DNA of 64,000 bases from Eledone cirrhosa (lineage: Eukaryota). A program made the translations under genes and the position numbers. The notes beneath the pieces were generated by a model. The model saw nothing but the letters and a program-made list of their open reading frames with translations. It ran no database searches and was not told the origin of the DNA. Positions 62,355 through 64,000 of the stretch are shown piece by piece. Numbering within the stretch: position 1 is the first letter of the stretch; every line of letters starts with the position of its first letter. Location: positions 1 to 64,000 of the forward strand of contig CAXHJY010001130.1 of NCBI GenBank assembly GCA_964016885.1, read 5' to 3'.

Positions 62355-62420
62355 TATTTCATTATATATATTTCGGGGATATCATATTAACAATATGCTA
62401 TGCCTTCATCAGACAAAATA
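62355..62420 (-). ncRNA. Type I hammerhead (family A)
   Basis: Reverse complement of 62531-62596. Confidence 0.82.
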
Positions 62421-62530
62421 CAATATAAACAGTTTTATAGATAAATATATTCGACATACCGTAATAAATAATGAAGTTGATGTTTATTACGGTATGTCGA
62501 ATATATTTATCTATAAAACTGTTTATATTG

Positions 62531-62596
62531 TATTTTGTCTGATGAAGGCATAGCATATTGTTAATATGATATCCCCGAAATATATATAATGAAATA
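62531..62596 (+). ncRNA. Type I hammerhead (family A)
   Basis: tattttgt CTGATGA aggcatagcatattgttaatatgatatcccc GAAA tatata TA atgaaata. Confidence 0.82.
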
Positions 62597-62668
62597 AATA
62601 TGGTTTTATAAATATAGTTTTCCATTTATTTAATATTGTATATTTATATATATATATTTATATATATA

Positions 62669-62715
<47 letters not shown>

Positions 62716-62734
62716 ATTTATATATATATATATT

Positions 62735-62821
<87 letters not shown>

Positions 62822-62824
62822 ATT

Positions 62825-62857
<33 letters not shown>

Positions 62858-62924
62858 TTATCAGTTATAAATATTTACTCGTTGTTAACCCAACAATTTA
62901 AATATAACTTTCCATGTATATATT

Positions 62925-62955
<31 letters not shown>

Positions 62956-62958
62956 ATT

Positions 62959-63013
<55 letters not shown>

Positions 63014-63016
63014 ATT

Positions 63017-63105
<89 letters not shown>

Positions 63106-63122
63106 ATATATATAAATATATT

Positions 63123-63356
<234 letters not shown>

Positions 63357-63368
63357 TTATATATATAT

Positions 63369-63634
<266 letters not shown>

Positions 63635-64000
63635 CTCTTTTACCTGTTTCAGCCATCCGGCTGAGGCCATGCTGGGGCACCATATATATATACATATATA
63701 TTCATTAGTTAAGCAAAACAAGACCACAAATTTCACAAGGAAGACATTATTAAAAGATTGTCAACATATTTAGTTTGATGTAAGGAATGTAGAGAATAAT
63801 AATAATATTAATAATAATAATGCCCGTTTACAATTGTTCGCTACTCCGTATAATATTTCTGGATCAGACGACTATGTATCATAATTGATCTGGTTAGTTG
63901 AAAATAATTAACATATTTAAAAAAACAGAGTGGCTCATCGGAACTCAAAGGAATATAAATTAAAATATATAATTTATATTATGTAACATTATTTTAATTT

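Larger units (their letters stand above)
62226..62912. mobile_element. Head-to-head palindromic family A element, right arm interrupted by (TA)n
   Basis: Near-perfect arms 62311-62468 and 62483-62640; right tail resumes at 62859-62912. Confidence 0.88.

Overview
AT-rich eukaryotic repeat DNA. The SINE families, Dong/RTE LINEs and very long (TA)n tracts resemble an octopus (cephalopod) genome; this is an inference. No host protein-coding gene is supportable, and almost all listed YIYI/ICIY ORFs are microsatellite artefacts. The main signal is a dense set of type I hammerhead ribozymes (HHRs; stem I-CUGANGA-stem II-GAAA-stem III-UH-stem I). I count 24 motifs with an intact catalytic core plus several degenerate or partial ones, in at least 8 sequence families, nearly all with a self-complementary (palindromic) stem III. 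They occur (i) in a near-homogeneous 311-bp tandem array (retrozyme-like, 8.5 copies plus 1.5 inverted), (ii) in a ~425-bp tandem unit, (iii) in short non-coding head-to-head palindromes, and (iv) in the 3' terminal repeats of three Penelope-like elements (PLEs) encoding GIY-YIG endonuclease, one of which is a 3.4-kb palindrome whose endonuclease frame is missing from the ORF track. Most are inserted in (TA)n with the 3' end abutting the microsatellite, and many have an inverted 5' junction. Also present: RTE, R4/Dong, CRE-like and CR1-like LINE fragments, an RTE-like 5' UTR with a possible HDV-like ribozyme, a non-autonomous Helitron, MITEs and many SINEs.
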